From: Chiloscyllium plagiosum
Taxonomy: Eukaryota
DNA length: 64,000 bases
Direction: 5' to 3'
Assembly (NCBI RefSeq): GCF_004010195.1
Contig: NC_057718.1
Coordinates: 64,591,123-64,655,122, forward strand
In this document: positions 38,440 through 51,790 of the stretch, piece after piece
Layout: each line of letters starts with the position of its first letter
How positions within the stretch are numbered: position 1 is the stretch's first letter
Made by a program: the position numbers and the translations under genes
Notes under the pieces: generated by a model
Database searches by the model: none
Told to the model about the DNA's origin: nothing
Seen by the model: the letters and a program-made list of their open reading frames with translations, nothing else

Positions 38440-39150
38440 TCCAGGTCCACTTTTTCAATGAAGACTCCTAACTACCCACCGAGGACCCCTTCTCTTGCCT
38501 CCAACACACTCCATCCACCTGGACACTGTATACTGACTTCCACCAATGTCATCTACTGTATCCGTTGTACACGGTGTAGTCTTCTCTACACCGGGGAAAC
38601 AGGACGCCAACTTGCGGATTGTTTCAGAGAACATCTCTGGGACACCTACACCAACGAACCCCATTTCCCTGTGGCTGAACACTTCAATTCCCCCTGCCGT
38701 TCCACCAAGGACATGTAGGCCCTCGGCCTCCTCTATCATCAAACCCTTACCACTCGACGCCTGGAGGAAGAACGCCTCATATTCTGCCTTGGGACCCTGC
38801 AACCATACGGAAGTAACGTGGATTTCACCAGTTTCCTCAATTTCCCTCCCCCAACATTATCCCAGTCAAAGCCTCAACTAAGCACTGCCCTCTTGACCTG
38901 TCCAAGACCTTTACCATCTATCGACTCCACCCTCCTCTCTGACCTATCACCTTCTCCCCCACCTTCATCTACCTATCACATTCTCAGCTACCTTCCCCCA
39001 AACCCCACCCACCTTCCATTTATCTCTCAGTGCCCCGGCCCACAAGCCTCGTTCCTGATGAAGTGCTTATGCCCGAAATGTCGATTCCCCTGCTCCTCGG
39101 ATGCTGCCTGACCTGCTTTGCTTTTCCATCACCACACTCTCAACTATTTT
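38440..39150 (+). mobile_element. Penelope-like element 3' part (GIY-YIG domain and terminal repeat), inverted relative to 37531-38300
   Basis: NVIYCIRCTRCSLLYTGETGRQLADCFREHL. CTGATGA...GAAA.GTC at 39055-39082. Confidence 0.9.
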
Positions 39151-39319
39151 TCTGAACTGCCTTATTGTAGTAATTGAATATATGCTGATGGAGATAATAT
39201 TTGATATAATGCCTATTAGCAACCGATCATGACATAAGAGGTCTTCCATTAACTATTCCTACAATATACTGTTGCCTGTTTTGCTCATTCCACAGTTAAT
39301 TTATCCATTTATTTTTCAG

Positions 39320-39493
39320 GTTGGATAAATACAAACCAAACTCTTCAAAGTCACATAAAGATAATTTTGAGTTTGAAGCACACATTTACTTTGATGATGC
39401 TTTTCACCTCACTAATCCCAATGACAATGTACAGAAAAGAGTTTTGAATCAATATGTTAAAAACCTTGTTTGCATAATGGAAGACATTTACAG
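39320..39493 (+). CDS. chs1: Chitin synthase exon 6 (LDKYKP...EAHIYFDDAF...EDIY)
   Basis: HIYFDDAF motif. Acceptor atttttcag, donor AG|GTACTG, phase 2-2. Confidence 0.95.
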
Positions 39494-40349
39494 GTACTGA
39501 AATTATCTTACATTCATTATTAACTCCCCTATATATAAATAACTAATTACAATATCAACAAGCCCCTCACTACCAACTACATCTTATGTTGGAAAATTAG
39601 CTTGGAAAGTAGATATAAAATATTGCAACATGTTTCTGGACTGTCTTTGACATTCTCTTATGTTCGATGACACTCGTGACATGATGTACATGGTCAAGTG
39701 ATTTTTGTTCATGTCTGTGTGTCTGCTGCCTAATGACTAACTATGTGAGAGAGTTAACTCTGAGGGTGACTATTATACTGTCTCGCAATCTACTTGATAA
39801 TTTGTGTGTCCATGTCAGCGTATGCACATTCTCTGCTCTTTCCGAAGATGAAATGACAGATTTTGTGGATCTTTAATCTACTTAATTTTATAGACAGACA
39901 ATAAACATCCAGAATAACATACAAATTACATTTATTTTGATAAGTATAAATTCTTTCTTTGGAAACTTGTAAAAAAGAAATACATTTGTGGCCCTATTGT
40001 TTTTGTGAACTGACTTACTTGTCTTTTCTTTGTGAACAATTTCTAACTGCTCAAGCTGTCATCTCCTTAAAACCTACCACTCATGGTCTAACTGTACCCC
40101 TTGGTCTTTATTCCCTGTGTCTTGGCCAGTGTTTCTAAGTTTCTCCCCTTTCAATGTTTCATCAATAAGTTTGCCAATTTTCTTTCTTCTTCCCCTTTCT
40201 CCCTTGATTTACAACGTTAAAGAAAATGAAACTATGGACCAAGACTATTATTATTTTTTGTTTGTTGTTATATATTATTATATTTGTTCCAAATACTCTT
40301 AGTGAAAAAAATCTAAATAAAACTGTATATTAGGCACTACAATTTGAAG

Positions 40350-40690
40350 GAAGGCGATGGTAAAGTCACTAGCCCAGTAAGGCAGGGACCGAGTCTAATG
40401 CTGTAGGGACAAGTGTCCAAATTTTGCCATAGTAGCTAGTGAATTTAAATTCAATTATTTATTAAAAATATAACCTGGAATTGAAAGCTAGTCTCAGTGA
40501 TAGTGAAAATAAAACTATCATTGATTGTTGTTCAAATGCATCAGGTTCATTAATTTCCTTCAGGCATGAAATCTGTCATCTTTACTTAATCCATCCTACA
40601 TGTGACTCCACAACCATAAGATGGTTGAGCCAGTTCAAGGTAATGATGATAGTTCTACCAGGGATGCCCACATCCTAAGAGAGAAATTAA
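40350..40690 (+). mobile_element. Second SINE family copy, diverged
   Basis: Similarity to 27480-27800. Confidence 0.6.
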
Positions 40691-41322
40691 ACAAAAATTA
40701 AGATGTGAACTGAATGAAGACATTAATTCTATCAGCGTAAAGAAATTCATGAATCATAGATAATAAATCATGCAAATATAAGTTGAAGTATAATTCAGAT
40801 TTTAAAAATGTGAATACATTTAATTTGTATAGAATTTAAATGAATAATTGTTCAGAAAATATAACACATAAAAATCATTGACTAACTATTATTCACTACT
40901 TCCTGATAGTATTTTATAGTAATTGCTGCTGGCTTTAGTAATTCAACTAAATATTGGATCTCATAAATTTGGCATGATAGAAATAAAACCTGTGAACCTT
41001 CCCTAGCTTAACATGAGTATTCATTTTTAAAAAAACATGTAATTATTGTTATATGAAAAACTAAATGAATGGCACTAATGCATTGTAGTCTTTGGTCTGT
41101 TTCTGAGAACAGTGACAATTTCATTTTGCAGAATGTTTTTGTTTAGTCAGGGACTTTTAATAATGAGGAGAGACCATTCATGTAAGTGATACTTTTGAGG
41201 CGTTGTGCAAACACACAGTTTCAACATTAAGACTGCTCCAATACCATATGTGTCATGTATATGTCATGGATATCAAGAAGAAACTTGCAGTTAATTTTTT
41301 GGAATTGATCTTTTGTTGGCAG

Positions 41323-41503
41323 GATTTTCTCGCATGAAAAACAGAGTTTGAAGGATGAACAAGAAGATGATGACATAGTAAAGCAAACCATAATGGAGAC
41401 ACCTTATGGTGGAAGAATCACATATACTCTTCCATATGGAAACATACTTTATGTTCATTTGAAAGACAAGCAGAAAATTCGGCACAAGAAGAGATGGTCT
41501 CAA
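41323..41503 (+). CDS. chs1: Chitin synthase exon 7 (IFSHEK...ETPYGGR...KIRHKKRWSQ)
   Basis: TPYGGR and HLKDKxKIRHKKRWSQ motifs. Acceptor ttggcag, donor CAA|GTATGT. Confidence 0.95.
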
Positions 41504-42349
41504 GTATGTTTAACTAATGAACATAGCATAAAATGGCCATGCAAATAGAAACCATTCCTACTAAATAGGAAACCTGGAAAATCATATTACACAATGTTAA
41601 GTATATGATTGTCTGGTGCTTTAAAGCTGCATTTCATATCAGGCTCTGAAGCTGTGTACCAGGCTCCCATCAAATGTTGTAATCCCTCCTATTCACATGA
41701 TTGAATTTTTCTTTACGAAAGGATGAGATATTCTTTGTGCAGAAAGTTAAGCCTGAAGCGATTTAGTAATTTTTAGATCCCATGATATCCATGTTTTATG
41801 TAACAGAAAGATATGTCGAAGAGAGTTCTTCATGTAAACCTAATGTTAAGTCTAAAACAAACTTTCCAATGTAACTTGACCCAATAACTGAATGGATCAA
41901 AAACTGTAATTATATTGACAAACCACTTCCTCTATAATCCCATTTTAGTTCAACAATATAATACCATGACAATTTTAGAGTACATGTAGTAGAAGTTATG
42001 AATTTCAGGGTGTGGCTATCACATTGTAAGTCAAGAAAAATCATCTTAAGCTTTTCATTTAGGAGTGTGTTGCTACTACCAAGAAATAACCTTCTGGCAA
42101 TAATAAGACATCCGTTATATAATACTGTTGACAGTGTTTCCCAGTGTTGAGCAGTTCATTTTAAGTATTTGGTTGTTATGCTATTATACTTAGCAGGTAT
42201 CATGGTTTATTGAGACGTAGACATAAGTGTGTAAGTTTTGAGTAGATTTAGTTATTGTTTATAAAATTCATAACCTAAGTAATCTTAATTTGAACATTTA
42301 AGGTTGATATAGTAATACTCAAATTTTGCTAGCATGAAAAAAAATTAGC

Positions 42350-43790
42350 AGCTACATTGGCATCATCCTCCACCTGCATTGATGACTATCTGCGCTACTT
42401 CGCGTTCCCACTAGGAGCTCAAACTGTTCGTCAACTTCACCCACACCTTCCAGCCTGACCTCAAATGCATCTGGACCATCTCTGACACCTCCCTCCCCTC
42501 GTGGACCACTCCATCTCCATCTCCAGCAACCAACGCAGTACTGACATCTATTTCAAATCCAGCAACTCCCACATTTACCCTAACTACATCTCCTTTCACC
42601 TCCTCCTCCTGCAAAAATGTGATCCCATGCTCTCAATTCCACCACCTCTGCTGTATCTGCTCCCAGGATGAGTGATTCCACTGCAGGGCATCCCAGATAT
42701 CCTCCTACTTCAAGGACCATAATTTCCCCTCCCCTATGATCAGCAATGCCCTCATCCGCATCTCTGTCCTCAAACCCCACCCTCACAACCACAAGAATAG
42801 AGTCTCCCTGGTCCTCCCATTCTACCCCACTATCCTGAAAATCTAGTACACTATCCTCTTTCATTTTTGCCTTGTTCAGTCTGACCCCACTACCAAAATG
42901 ATACTTTCTCCCCTACGCTTATCTGCTTTCCACAGGACCATTTCCTCCGCGACTCCCTGTTTAGCTCAACACTTCCCACTAACCTCTCCTCCCCACCTGG
43001 CATCTTTCCCTGCAGCTGCAGGAGGTGCAATACCTGCCCTCACAACGCCCCTCTTACCTCCATCAGACCCCAAAGGATCATTTCAAGTTTGGCAGAGGTA
43101 GACATGCATTCCCTCCAACCTAATTTATTGCACCCGTTGCTCCCAATGTGGTCTCCTCTACATCGGATAGACCAATTGCAAACTTGGGGACCAGTTCAGG
43201 GAATATTTATGGTCCATACTCTCCAATTGACCCCACCTTTCAGTTGTCAGCCAATCCAACTCCCCTTCCCACTCCCCTGATGACACGTCCATCCTGGGCC
43301 TCCTCCACCATCAAAATAAGGCTACATGCAAACTGGAGGAAGAACCACCTCGGGACCTTACAACCAAGGTGTTGTAGCTTTCAAATTCACTAGCTTTCAA
43401 ATCTCTCCACCTCATCCCAGCTTCACCCCTCCCTCTCTGCCCTGCCCCCTTGACCTGACCTAATCTATCCATTTTCCTTCCCGGCTATCTGCTCCACCCT
43501 TCCACTGACCAATCACAGTCACTTTCTAACTGCATCCACCTATTGCCAGATTCTGGATTAGAGTGGTGCTGGAAAAGCACAGCAGTTCAGGCAGCAACTG
43601 AGGAGCAGCACCCCACCAAGCTTTCCCCAGTCCCAAACCCCCTCGCTCTATTTATATATCTTTCCCCTTTTCTCCTTTCCCAATCCTGATCGACTGCCCT
43701 CCACCTCTGATGCTGCTTGCCCAGCTGTGCTTTATCTACCTTCATACTTCATTGACTCTCACTTTCCAGCATCTGCAGCTGTCACTATCT
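42350..43790 (+). mobile_element. Degenerate Penelope-like element (RT thumb, GIY-YIG, terminal repeat)
   Basis: Remnants TDIYFKS, CKNVIPCSQF and RCSQCGLLYIG. Confidence 0.8.
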
Positions 43791-45389
43791 CCTTCATTAG
43801 TTATGTTTGGCAATATTAACTTTATTTGTATTAAAGAACAAAGAACAATACAGCACAGGAACAGGCCCTTTGACCCTCCAAGCTTGCGCTGACACACTTT
43901 GCCCTTCCATACTAAAACAGTCTTCACTTACAGGATCCATATAACCCTATTCCCCTCCTATTCATGTATTCGTCCAGGTGCTTCTTGAGTGCTGCTATTG
44001 TGTCTGCTTCAATCACCTCCTCTGGCAGCATGTTCCAGGCACTCACCACCCTTTGTGTGAAAAATTTATCTTGCACATGTGTTTTAACACCCCCTTCCTC
44101 CCCACTCACCACTTTGAACCTGTGTTGCCCAGTAATTGACCCGTCCACCCTGGGAAAAAGCCTCATACTTTCCACTCTACCCATGCCATTCACAATCTTG
44201 TAAACCTCTATCAGGTTGCCTGTATTCCAGTGAAAACAAACCCAGTCTATCCAATCTTTCTTCACAGCTAAAATCTCCCATGTGCAGCAACATCCTCGTA
44301 AACCTTTTCTGTACCCTCTCCAAAGCATCCACCTCCTTCTGGTAGTGCTGTGACCAGAACTGTACACAATATTCCAAGTGTAGCCTAATTAAAGTTCTAT
44401 AAAGCTGCAGCATAACTTGCCTATCTTTTATGCTTAATGCCCTTTCCAATGAAGGCAAGCATGCCATAAGCCTTTTTTCCTACCTTATTTACCTGCGCTA
44501 CCACCTTCAGTGATCTGTGGTCCTGTATTCCCAGACCCCTCTGCATATCAATACACTTAAGGGTTCTGCCATTCACTGTATAATTTCTACCTGTACTTGA
44601 CCTTCCAAAAAATGAATCATCTCACATTTGTCAGGATTGAACTCCATCTTCCATTTTTCTGCCCATCCCTCTAACTGGTCTATATTCTGCTGTATCCTCT
44701 GATAATCCTCCTCACACTCCGTAACTCCGCCAATCTTTGTATCGTCCACAAACTTACTAATTAGACCAGTCACGCTTTCCTCCAAATCAATTACGTAGAC
44801 CATGATCAGCAGAGATCCCAGCTCTGCTCCCTGTGGAACACCACTAGTCACAACCCTCCATTCCAAAAGTCATCCTTCCACCGCTGCCCTCTGTCTCCAA
44901 TGACTAAACTAGCTTTGTATCCATCTTGCCAGGTCATCCATAATACCATGTGACTTCACTTTTTGTCCCTGTCAGCCATGAGGGACCTTGTTGAAGGCTT
45001 TACTGAAGTCCACGTAGACAACATCAACTGCTTTTCCCTCATCAGTCACTTTCACTACCTACTCAAAAAACTTGATCAAGTTAGTAAGGCACAACCTCCC
45101 CTGCATAAAACCATGCTATCTATTGCTAATAAGTCCATTTCCTTCTAAATGTGTAATGATCTTGTCCCTGAGAATCTTTTCCAATAATTTCCTTACCACT
45201 GACAGGAGGCTCACAGGCCTATAATTTCTATCCTTCCTAAACAACAGACAACATTGGCTTTCTTCCAGTCATCTGGACCTCACCTGTGGTCAAAGAGAAT
45301 GCAAGGATGTCTGTCAATGCTCCAGCATTTTGTTCTCTTGCCTCCCTCAATATTCTGGGACAGATCCCATTAGGATCCAGGGACTTATC

Positions 45390-45690
45390 AGATTAGATTC
45401 CCTACAGTATGGAAACAGGCCATTTGGCCTGACAAGTCCACACCGACCCTTCGACTAGTAACCCACCCATTTCCCTACCCTATATTTATCCATGGCTAAT
45501 GCACCTAACACTATGGGCAATTTAGCATGGACAATTCACTTGGCCTGCACATCTTTGGATTGTGGGAGGAAACTGGAGCACCTGGAGGAAACCCACGGAG
45601 ACAGGGGGAGAATGTGCAAACTCCACACAGACTGAGGTGGGTCCCTGGTGCTGTGAGGCAGCAGTGCTAACTACTGAGTCACTGTGTCGC
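45390..45690 (-). mobile_element. HE1-type SINE nested in CR1
   Basis: Conserved core and tail. Confidence 0.9.
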
Positions 45691-46414
45691 TCCTAAACTC
45701 TCATCTACTTTAATACTTTTTAAGATGCATACTACCTCTTCCTTTTAATAGCAATTTGGCTTAGAACTTTGATACTCCCTTCCCTGAGATCACCTTCCAC
45801 TGATTTCTTCTCTTTGGTGAATCCTGACACAAAGTATTTGATTAGGATCTCTTCTACCTCTTCTGGCTCCACACGTTGATTCTGTCCTTTGTCCTTGAGT
45901 AGATCAACCTTTTCCCTGACTACCCTTTTGCTTTTTATATAAGCATAAAAAAGCCTTTGGATTCTCTTTAATCCTGTTTGCTAATGACTTTTCATCATCC
46001 GTTTTTAGCCCTTCTAATTCCTTTGTAAGTTCTTTTCTACATATATACTTAAAGGCCTTTGTCAGTTCCCATCCTCCCTGACCTTACATATTCTTCCTGT
46101 TTCTTTTGACTAAAGTCATAACATCCCTGGTCATCCAAGGTCCACGTAACTTGTCATACCTATGCTTCATTCTCACAGGAACTTGTCGCTCCTAAACTCT
46201 TATCAGTTGCTGTTTGAAATGCCCACATATGTCCGATGTGGATTTACCCTCAAACGGTTACTGCCAATCAATATTCTCCAGTTCTTGCCTAATATTGTTG
46301 TAGTTTGCCTTTCCCCAATTTAATACCTTCGCCCAAGGACTGCTGTTATCCCTATCCATGAGCATCTTAAAACGCATAGTATTAGGATCACTACTCCTGA
46401 AGTTTTCCCCAGCT

Positions 46415-46712
46415 GTATTACAGCGACAGGGACCTGGATTCGATTCCAGCCTTAGGTGACTGCATGGAGTTTGCACATTCTCCCAGTGACTGCGTGGGTT
46501 TCCTCTGGGTGCTCTGGTTTCCTCCCACAGTCCAAAGATGTGCAGGTTATGTGAAGTGGCCGAGCTAAAATGCCTGTCGTGTTCAGGGATGTGTAGGTTA
46601 GGTGCAGTAGTCAAGGGAAATGTAGGATAGGGGAATGGGTCTGGGATACTCTTTAGAGGGTCATTGTGGACTTGTTGGGCCAAATGGCCTGTTTCCACAC
46701 TGTAGGGATTCT
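46415..46712 (+). mobile_element. HE1-type SINE nested in CR1
   Basis: ggagtttgcacattctcc...ggcctgtttccacactgtagggattct. Confidence 0.88.
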
Positions 46713-47014
46713 ATGAAACTTCATTCACCTGGCCATTCTCATTTCCTAAAACCAGGTTCAGTATAACCCCTTCTCTGGTTGGACTGTTTAAATCCTATGT
46801 CAAGAAACCTCTTGAATGGTTCTTACGAATTCTGCTCCAACCAAGCACTGAGCATGAAGTGAGTCTTAGTCAATATAGGAGAAAGTAAAATTACCCACCA
46901 CAACAACCCTGCAATTTTTACATCTTTCCAAGGATTGTATATTCTTTATGTTCTTTTGATGAGACAAACAATCGTTCGTCTAAAAGAGTCAAGTCAGTGA
47001 GTTTTCATGAAAGC

Positions 47015-47280
47015 ATAAAATCCCTACATTGCAGAAGCAGGCTTTTTGACCTACTGAGTCTGCATCGACCCTGTAAAGAGCGTACCACCCAGCCCCACTA
47101 CCCACACCTATCCCTGTAACCCTGCATTCAATATGGTTAATCCAACTAAACTACACATCCTTGGAAACTATGGACAATTTAGCATGGCCAATCTACCTAA
47201 CGGGCACATTTTTAGACTGCGGGAAAAAACCATAGCAACCACAGGGAACCCATGTAGACATACGGAGAATGTGCAAACTC
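47015..47280 (-). mobile_element. HE1-type SINE 3' half (5' half at ~49694-49785)
   Basis: Breaks at gtgcaaactc and resumes as cacac...agtcacccaagg after the CR1. Confidence 0.8.
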
Positions 47281-49692
47281 AAACGTCAAAAGGGAAAAAA
47301 AGCACATGTAAGGTTTAGGAAGCTAAAATCGGATAGGGCCTGTAAGGAATATAAAGAAAGCAGGAAAAAAAACTCAAGCAAGGAATTAGGAATGCAAGAA
47401 GGAACCGTGAAGTGACCTCGGCAAGTAGGGTTAAAGAGAATTCCAAGGCATTCTATACATACATTAAAAACAAGAGGATAACTAGGGAGAAGGTAGAGCC
47501 ACTCAACAATAAAGGAGGGAACTTGTGTTTGGAGGCAGAAGATGTGGGTGAGATCCTAAATGAGTACTTTGTTTCACCCAGGAGAAGGATATGAAGGATA
47601 ATGAGATTAGTGTGGAGCATGGTAATATACTGGAGCATTTTTAGATCAAGAAAGAAATAGTATTGGATCTCCTGAAGAGCATTAAGGTGGATAAGACCCC
47701 AGGCCTGATGGTAAGTATCCCAGGTTATTGAGAGAGACAAGAGAGGAAATTGCTGGGGCCTTGACCAAGATCTTTTTTTTTCTCCCTAGCCACTGGAGAG
47801 GATTGGTGAGTCACCAGTGTTGTTCCTCTGTACAAGAAGGGAAATAAGAATGATCCAGGAAACTATAGAACTCACATTGGTAGTTTTGAAGCTATTGGAA
47901 AGAATTCTTAGCAATCAGATTGATGTACAATTGGAAAAGCATGGCTTAATTAGGAACAGTTAGCATGGCTTTGTGTGTGGCAGGTCATGTCTTACTATTT
48001 TGATTGAATTTTTCGAGAAGGTGAGGAAGGTGATGGATGAGCTTGGAGCAGTAGATATGGACTACATGGGTTTAGTAAGGCTTTCGACAAGGTTCCATGC
48101 ATTGAATCCATGGCAACTTGGCTATTTGGTTTCAGAATTGGCTTGACCATGTAAGGCCAAGGGTAGTGGTGGAAGGGTGTTCTTCTGGCTGGAGGCCTGT
48201 GAGAAGTGGTGTTCCACAGGAATCTGTGCAAAGATCTCTGCTGTTTGTGATATGTAAATGACTTGGATGAAAATGTAGATGGGCAGATGACACAAAGGTC
48301 GGTGGAGTTGTTGATAGTGTAGAAGATGGTCAAAGGTTACAGCTGGTTATAGATCATGGACAGAGAAATGGAAGGTGGAATTTAATCCAGGTAAGTATGA
48401 GGTGCTGCACTTTGGGAAATCTGATGTTAAGGAAAAGTATACAGTTAATTAGATTAGATTACTTACAGTGTGGAAACAGGCCCTTCGGCCCAACAAGTCC
48501 ACACCGACCCGCCGAAGCGCAACCCACCCATACCCCTACATTTACCCCTTGCCTAACACTACGGGCAATTTTGCATGGCCAATTCACCTGACCTGCACAT
48601 CTTTGGACTGTGGGAGGAAACCGGAGCACCCGGAGGAAACCCACGCAGACACGGGGAGAACGTGCAAACTCCACACAGTCAGTCGCCTGAGGCGGGAACT
48701 GAACCCGGGTCTCTGGTGCTGTGAGGCTAACCACTGTGCCACCGTGACGCCCACTAATGGAAGGACCCCAAACAGCATTGATGCATAGAGGGATCTTGGG
48801 GTTCAAGTCCATAGCTCCCTGAAAGTGGCCACACAAGTAGATGGAGTGGTAAAGAAGGTGTGTGGCATGCTTGCCTTTATTGGTCGGGGATGTCATGTTG
48901 CAGCTTTATAAGACTTTGGTAAGACCACACTTATGGTATTGTGTTCAATTCTGATTGTTACATTACAGGAAATATGCGGAGGCTTTAGAGAGAGTGCAGG
49001 AGGAGTTTACCAGGATGCTGCCTGGATTAGAGGGTATGAGGAGAGATAAAAAAACTTTGGTTGTTTTCTCCGGAGCAGCAGAAGCTGAGGCGAGACTTGA
49101 TAGAAGTCTGCAAAAATTATGAGATGTATAGACAGGGTTGACAGTCAGAATCTTTGTCCCAGAGTTGAAATATCTAATCCAAGGGGGCATCCATTTAAAT
49201 GAGAGGGAGAAAGTTGAAAGGATATATGAAGGGCAAGTTTTTTAACAGAGCTTGATAGGAGTCTGGAACGTGTCGCCAGCAGTTGTGGTGGAGGCAGATA
49301 CAATAGGGGTGTTTAAGGGACTTTTGATAAGCACATGAATATGCAAAGAATGGAGGGATATGGACCAAGGACAGGCAGGCAGAAGAGATTAGTTTAATGT
49401 GACATCATGTTCGACACAGAGTCTGACGATGATCGTGAATCCATTGTCGATTGTCGGAAAAACCCATCTGATTCACTAATGTCTTCTAGGGAAGGAAACT
49501 ACCATCCTTACCTGGTCTGGCGTACATGTGACTTCAGACCCACAACAATGTGTTGACTTTAACTGCTCTCTGGGCAATTATGGATGGGAAATAAATGCTG
49601 GCCTAGCCAGTGATTCCATCATTGTGAATAAATTTTAAAATACTTGCAGGCTAAAGGGCCTGTTTCTGTTCTGTACTGTTCTATGTTCTGCG
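47281..49692 (+). mobile_element. CR1 LINE with nested SINEs
   Basis: KENSKAFYTYIKNKRITREKV, FSKAFDKVP and a 3' UTR. Confidence 0.9.
48450..48753 (-). mobile_element. Young HE1-type SINE (CpG retained) nested in CR1
   Basis: Near-consensus sequence with many CpGs, flanked by a taat duplication. Confidence 0.92.
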
Positions 49693-50171
49693 TTCCACAC
49701 ACACAGTCACCCAAGGGTAGAATTGAACCCAAGTCCCTGATACTGTGAGATAATAGTGCTAACCACTGACACATCTTGCTGCCTAAGTTATAGCAATAAA
49801 TTATTTACCAATTCCCTTAAAGGTGCTTGAGATTAAAGTTGCCTTTTCCTGTTAATATACATATATAGTGAGGCTGTTTTGAAATTCCTGTTGAGGTTTC
49901 AGACACTAAAGAAGTTCTAAATCTGAAATCTAAGAAGATAATTGACACTCTTCAACATTGACTTGGTTGAGAATGGAAACCAAAATCTCCAAAGCAATAG
50001 AGGAACCTGAGACATATGTGTGAAGTGAGTGATGTTTCAAAGGCATGTGATTCAATTTTGGCACTTTAAATGAGTCAAATAGCAAAGCTACAGCAGTGAC
50101 GGGGGACAGTGCATGATTTGGCCCTGTGTTTGCTAGCATTTTTTATTTACACATTACATTCTTCTTTTCAG

Positions 50172-50273
50172 ATCATGTACATGTATTATCTGCTGGGATG
50201 GAAATTAAATAAAAAATACATGACCTTGTCAGGCAAATTTGAAGATGAAATATCTACTACAAATGCCTTAAAG
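50172..50273 (+). CDS. chs1: Chitin synthase exon 8 (IMYMYYLLGWKL...NALK)
   Basis: MYMYYLLG motif. Acceptor cttttcag, donor AAG|GTAAAT, phase 0-0. Confidence 0.95.
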
Positions 50274-51178
50274 GTAAATTATGGGGCTTCCTTTCTAATG
50301 TCTCAAAATAAGGATCTGTGATAACAGTTTATAAATTGTGTTCGGGATGAATTTTAAATCCAAACAATAGGCTTGAGTCAAGTGAAATATCTTAACTGTA
50401 AAAATTGCAAGCTTGATTCAAAAACATCTGCCGTTTCAGATTGGATAGAGACAGGAGAAGGAATAGGTTGCCTTTCTGCTTCCAGGAGGTGTTGGTAATG
50501 CAGCTGACAGCTATTAAACATTGGCCAGACAGGTTTCCCGGACCTCAGGAAGGCTGTCATTTCAGAGCATAGGTGATGACATTTTAAGAGAGGAGTACCA
50601 CAAGAGAAATATTTCTCTCTGCTCCCAAGCATACTTTCTCCCTGTGGACCCACTCCCTCACCAACTATCTCTGCACTTATCCCCAGACAAATTCCCTGAG
50701 TTGGGGATTGAATCCATCCAGGATCATATCACCTACTGTGATTAGCAGTCAGAACTCTCCTTGCCCCAAAGGTTGAACTTTCACTTTGGTTGCATCCCTC
50801 AGCTGAGGGTAGGAGTAGATTAAGAATACCCTCCAACTCCTCCCACCTACCCCCCACCCACCATGTTTCCAGTAGCAGTGAAATGTTTTGTATGTACCTA
50901 AGAAGGCTCTCCACCCAACTGGAAGCCACGCCTAATTCAAGTCGTCTTTTGATCAAGGATCCCTCTCATATGGAAAGGCAATTTTGTCTATCCTATCTGA
51001 ATCTCTACTTCCTGTATCCCCTGCCTAACAAACTTAACCCTGTCAGATATTTTAAATACAAAATAGTAAATATGTTATGTAAAAGACCAAGCTCTTGTAT
51101 GCTTCCATCATGCTTAGTAATTTTGAATCCTTCTATTCAAAATCTTAAGTTCACTTTTGTATTAATTATGCTTAAAAG

Positions 51179-51320
51179 ACAGAGAAGGAAAACACTTACA
51201 TTTTGGCTTTGGATGGGGACACTGATTTCCAGCCCTCAGCTTTGATCTTGTTAGTTGACAGACTGAGAAGATATCCAGATGTCGGGGCTGCATGTGGTAG
51301 AATACATCCAACTGGAACTG
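51179..51320 (+). CDS. chs1: Chitin synthase exon 9 (TEKENTYILALDGDTDFQP...AACGRIHPTGT)
   Basis: DxD motif LDGD and ACGRIHP. Donor G|GTATGA. The acceptor (cttaaaag) is weak, and an in-frame alternative lies 6 nt downstream. Confidence 0.92.
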
Positions 51321-51394
51321 GTATGAAGTTTTATCTCTCTCTACTCAACCTTATTTGATGTGTCTTTACATTTTTGCACTGTGTAAAGATTTAT

Positions 51395-51790
51395 AGAGAG
51401 TCATAGAGCTTTTATAGCATACCAAGAGACCCATCAGAGCATTGTGTCTAGACCAGTCATCAAGCATCTATCTACTGTGATCCATTTACCAGCACTTAGC
51501 CAGCAGCCTTGCCTGCCACATCATTTCAAGTGCTCACCTAAATGGTTCTTAAATGTCTCAAGGGTTCTTGCCTCTATCATCCTTTTATGTAGTGAGTTCC
51601 AGATAGCCACAACATGCTGGTTGAAAAGATTTTACCTCAAATCCCCTTTAATCCAACTGCTCCTTAAAACTGTGATCCTGGTTATTGACCCCTCTACTAA
51701 GCAGAAATACTTCTCCCTATCTCCCTGTCAATACCCCTCACCACTTTGTACACCTCAATCACATCCCCCTTAGCCTTCTCTACATCTCTC
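51395..51790 (-). mobile_element. CR1 3' fragment
   Basis: CR1 3' UTR and ctatgact tail on -. Confidence 0.7.

Larger units (their letters stand above)
43830..46935 (-). mobile_element. Long CR1 LINE, same subfamily as 15770-20730, with two nested SINEs
   Basis: SKFVDDTKIGG, LYRTLIRLHLEYCVQFW, VLNWGKANY. Confidence 0.92.

Noticed and set aside
48700..48753. tRNA-like A/B boxes
   Set aside because: These are SINE heads, not tRNA genes.
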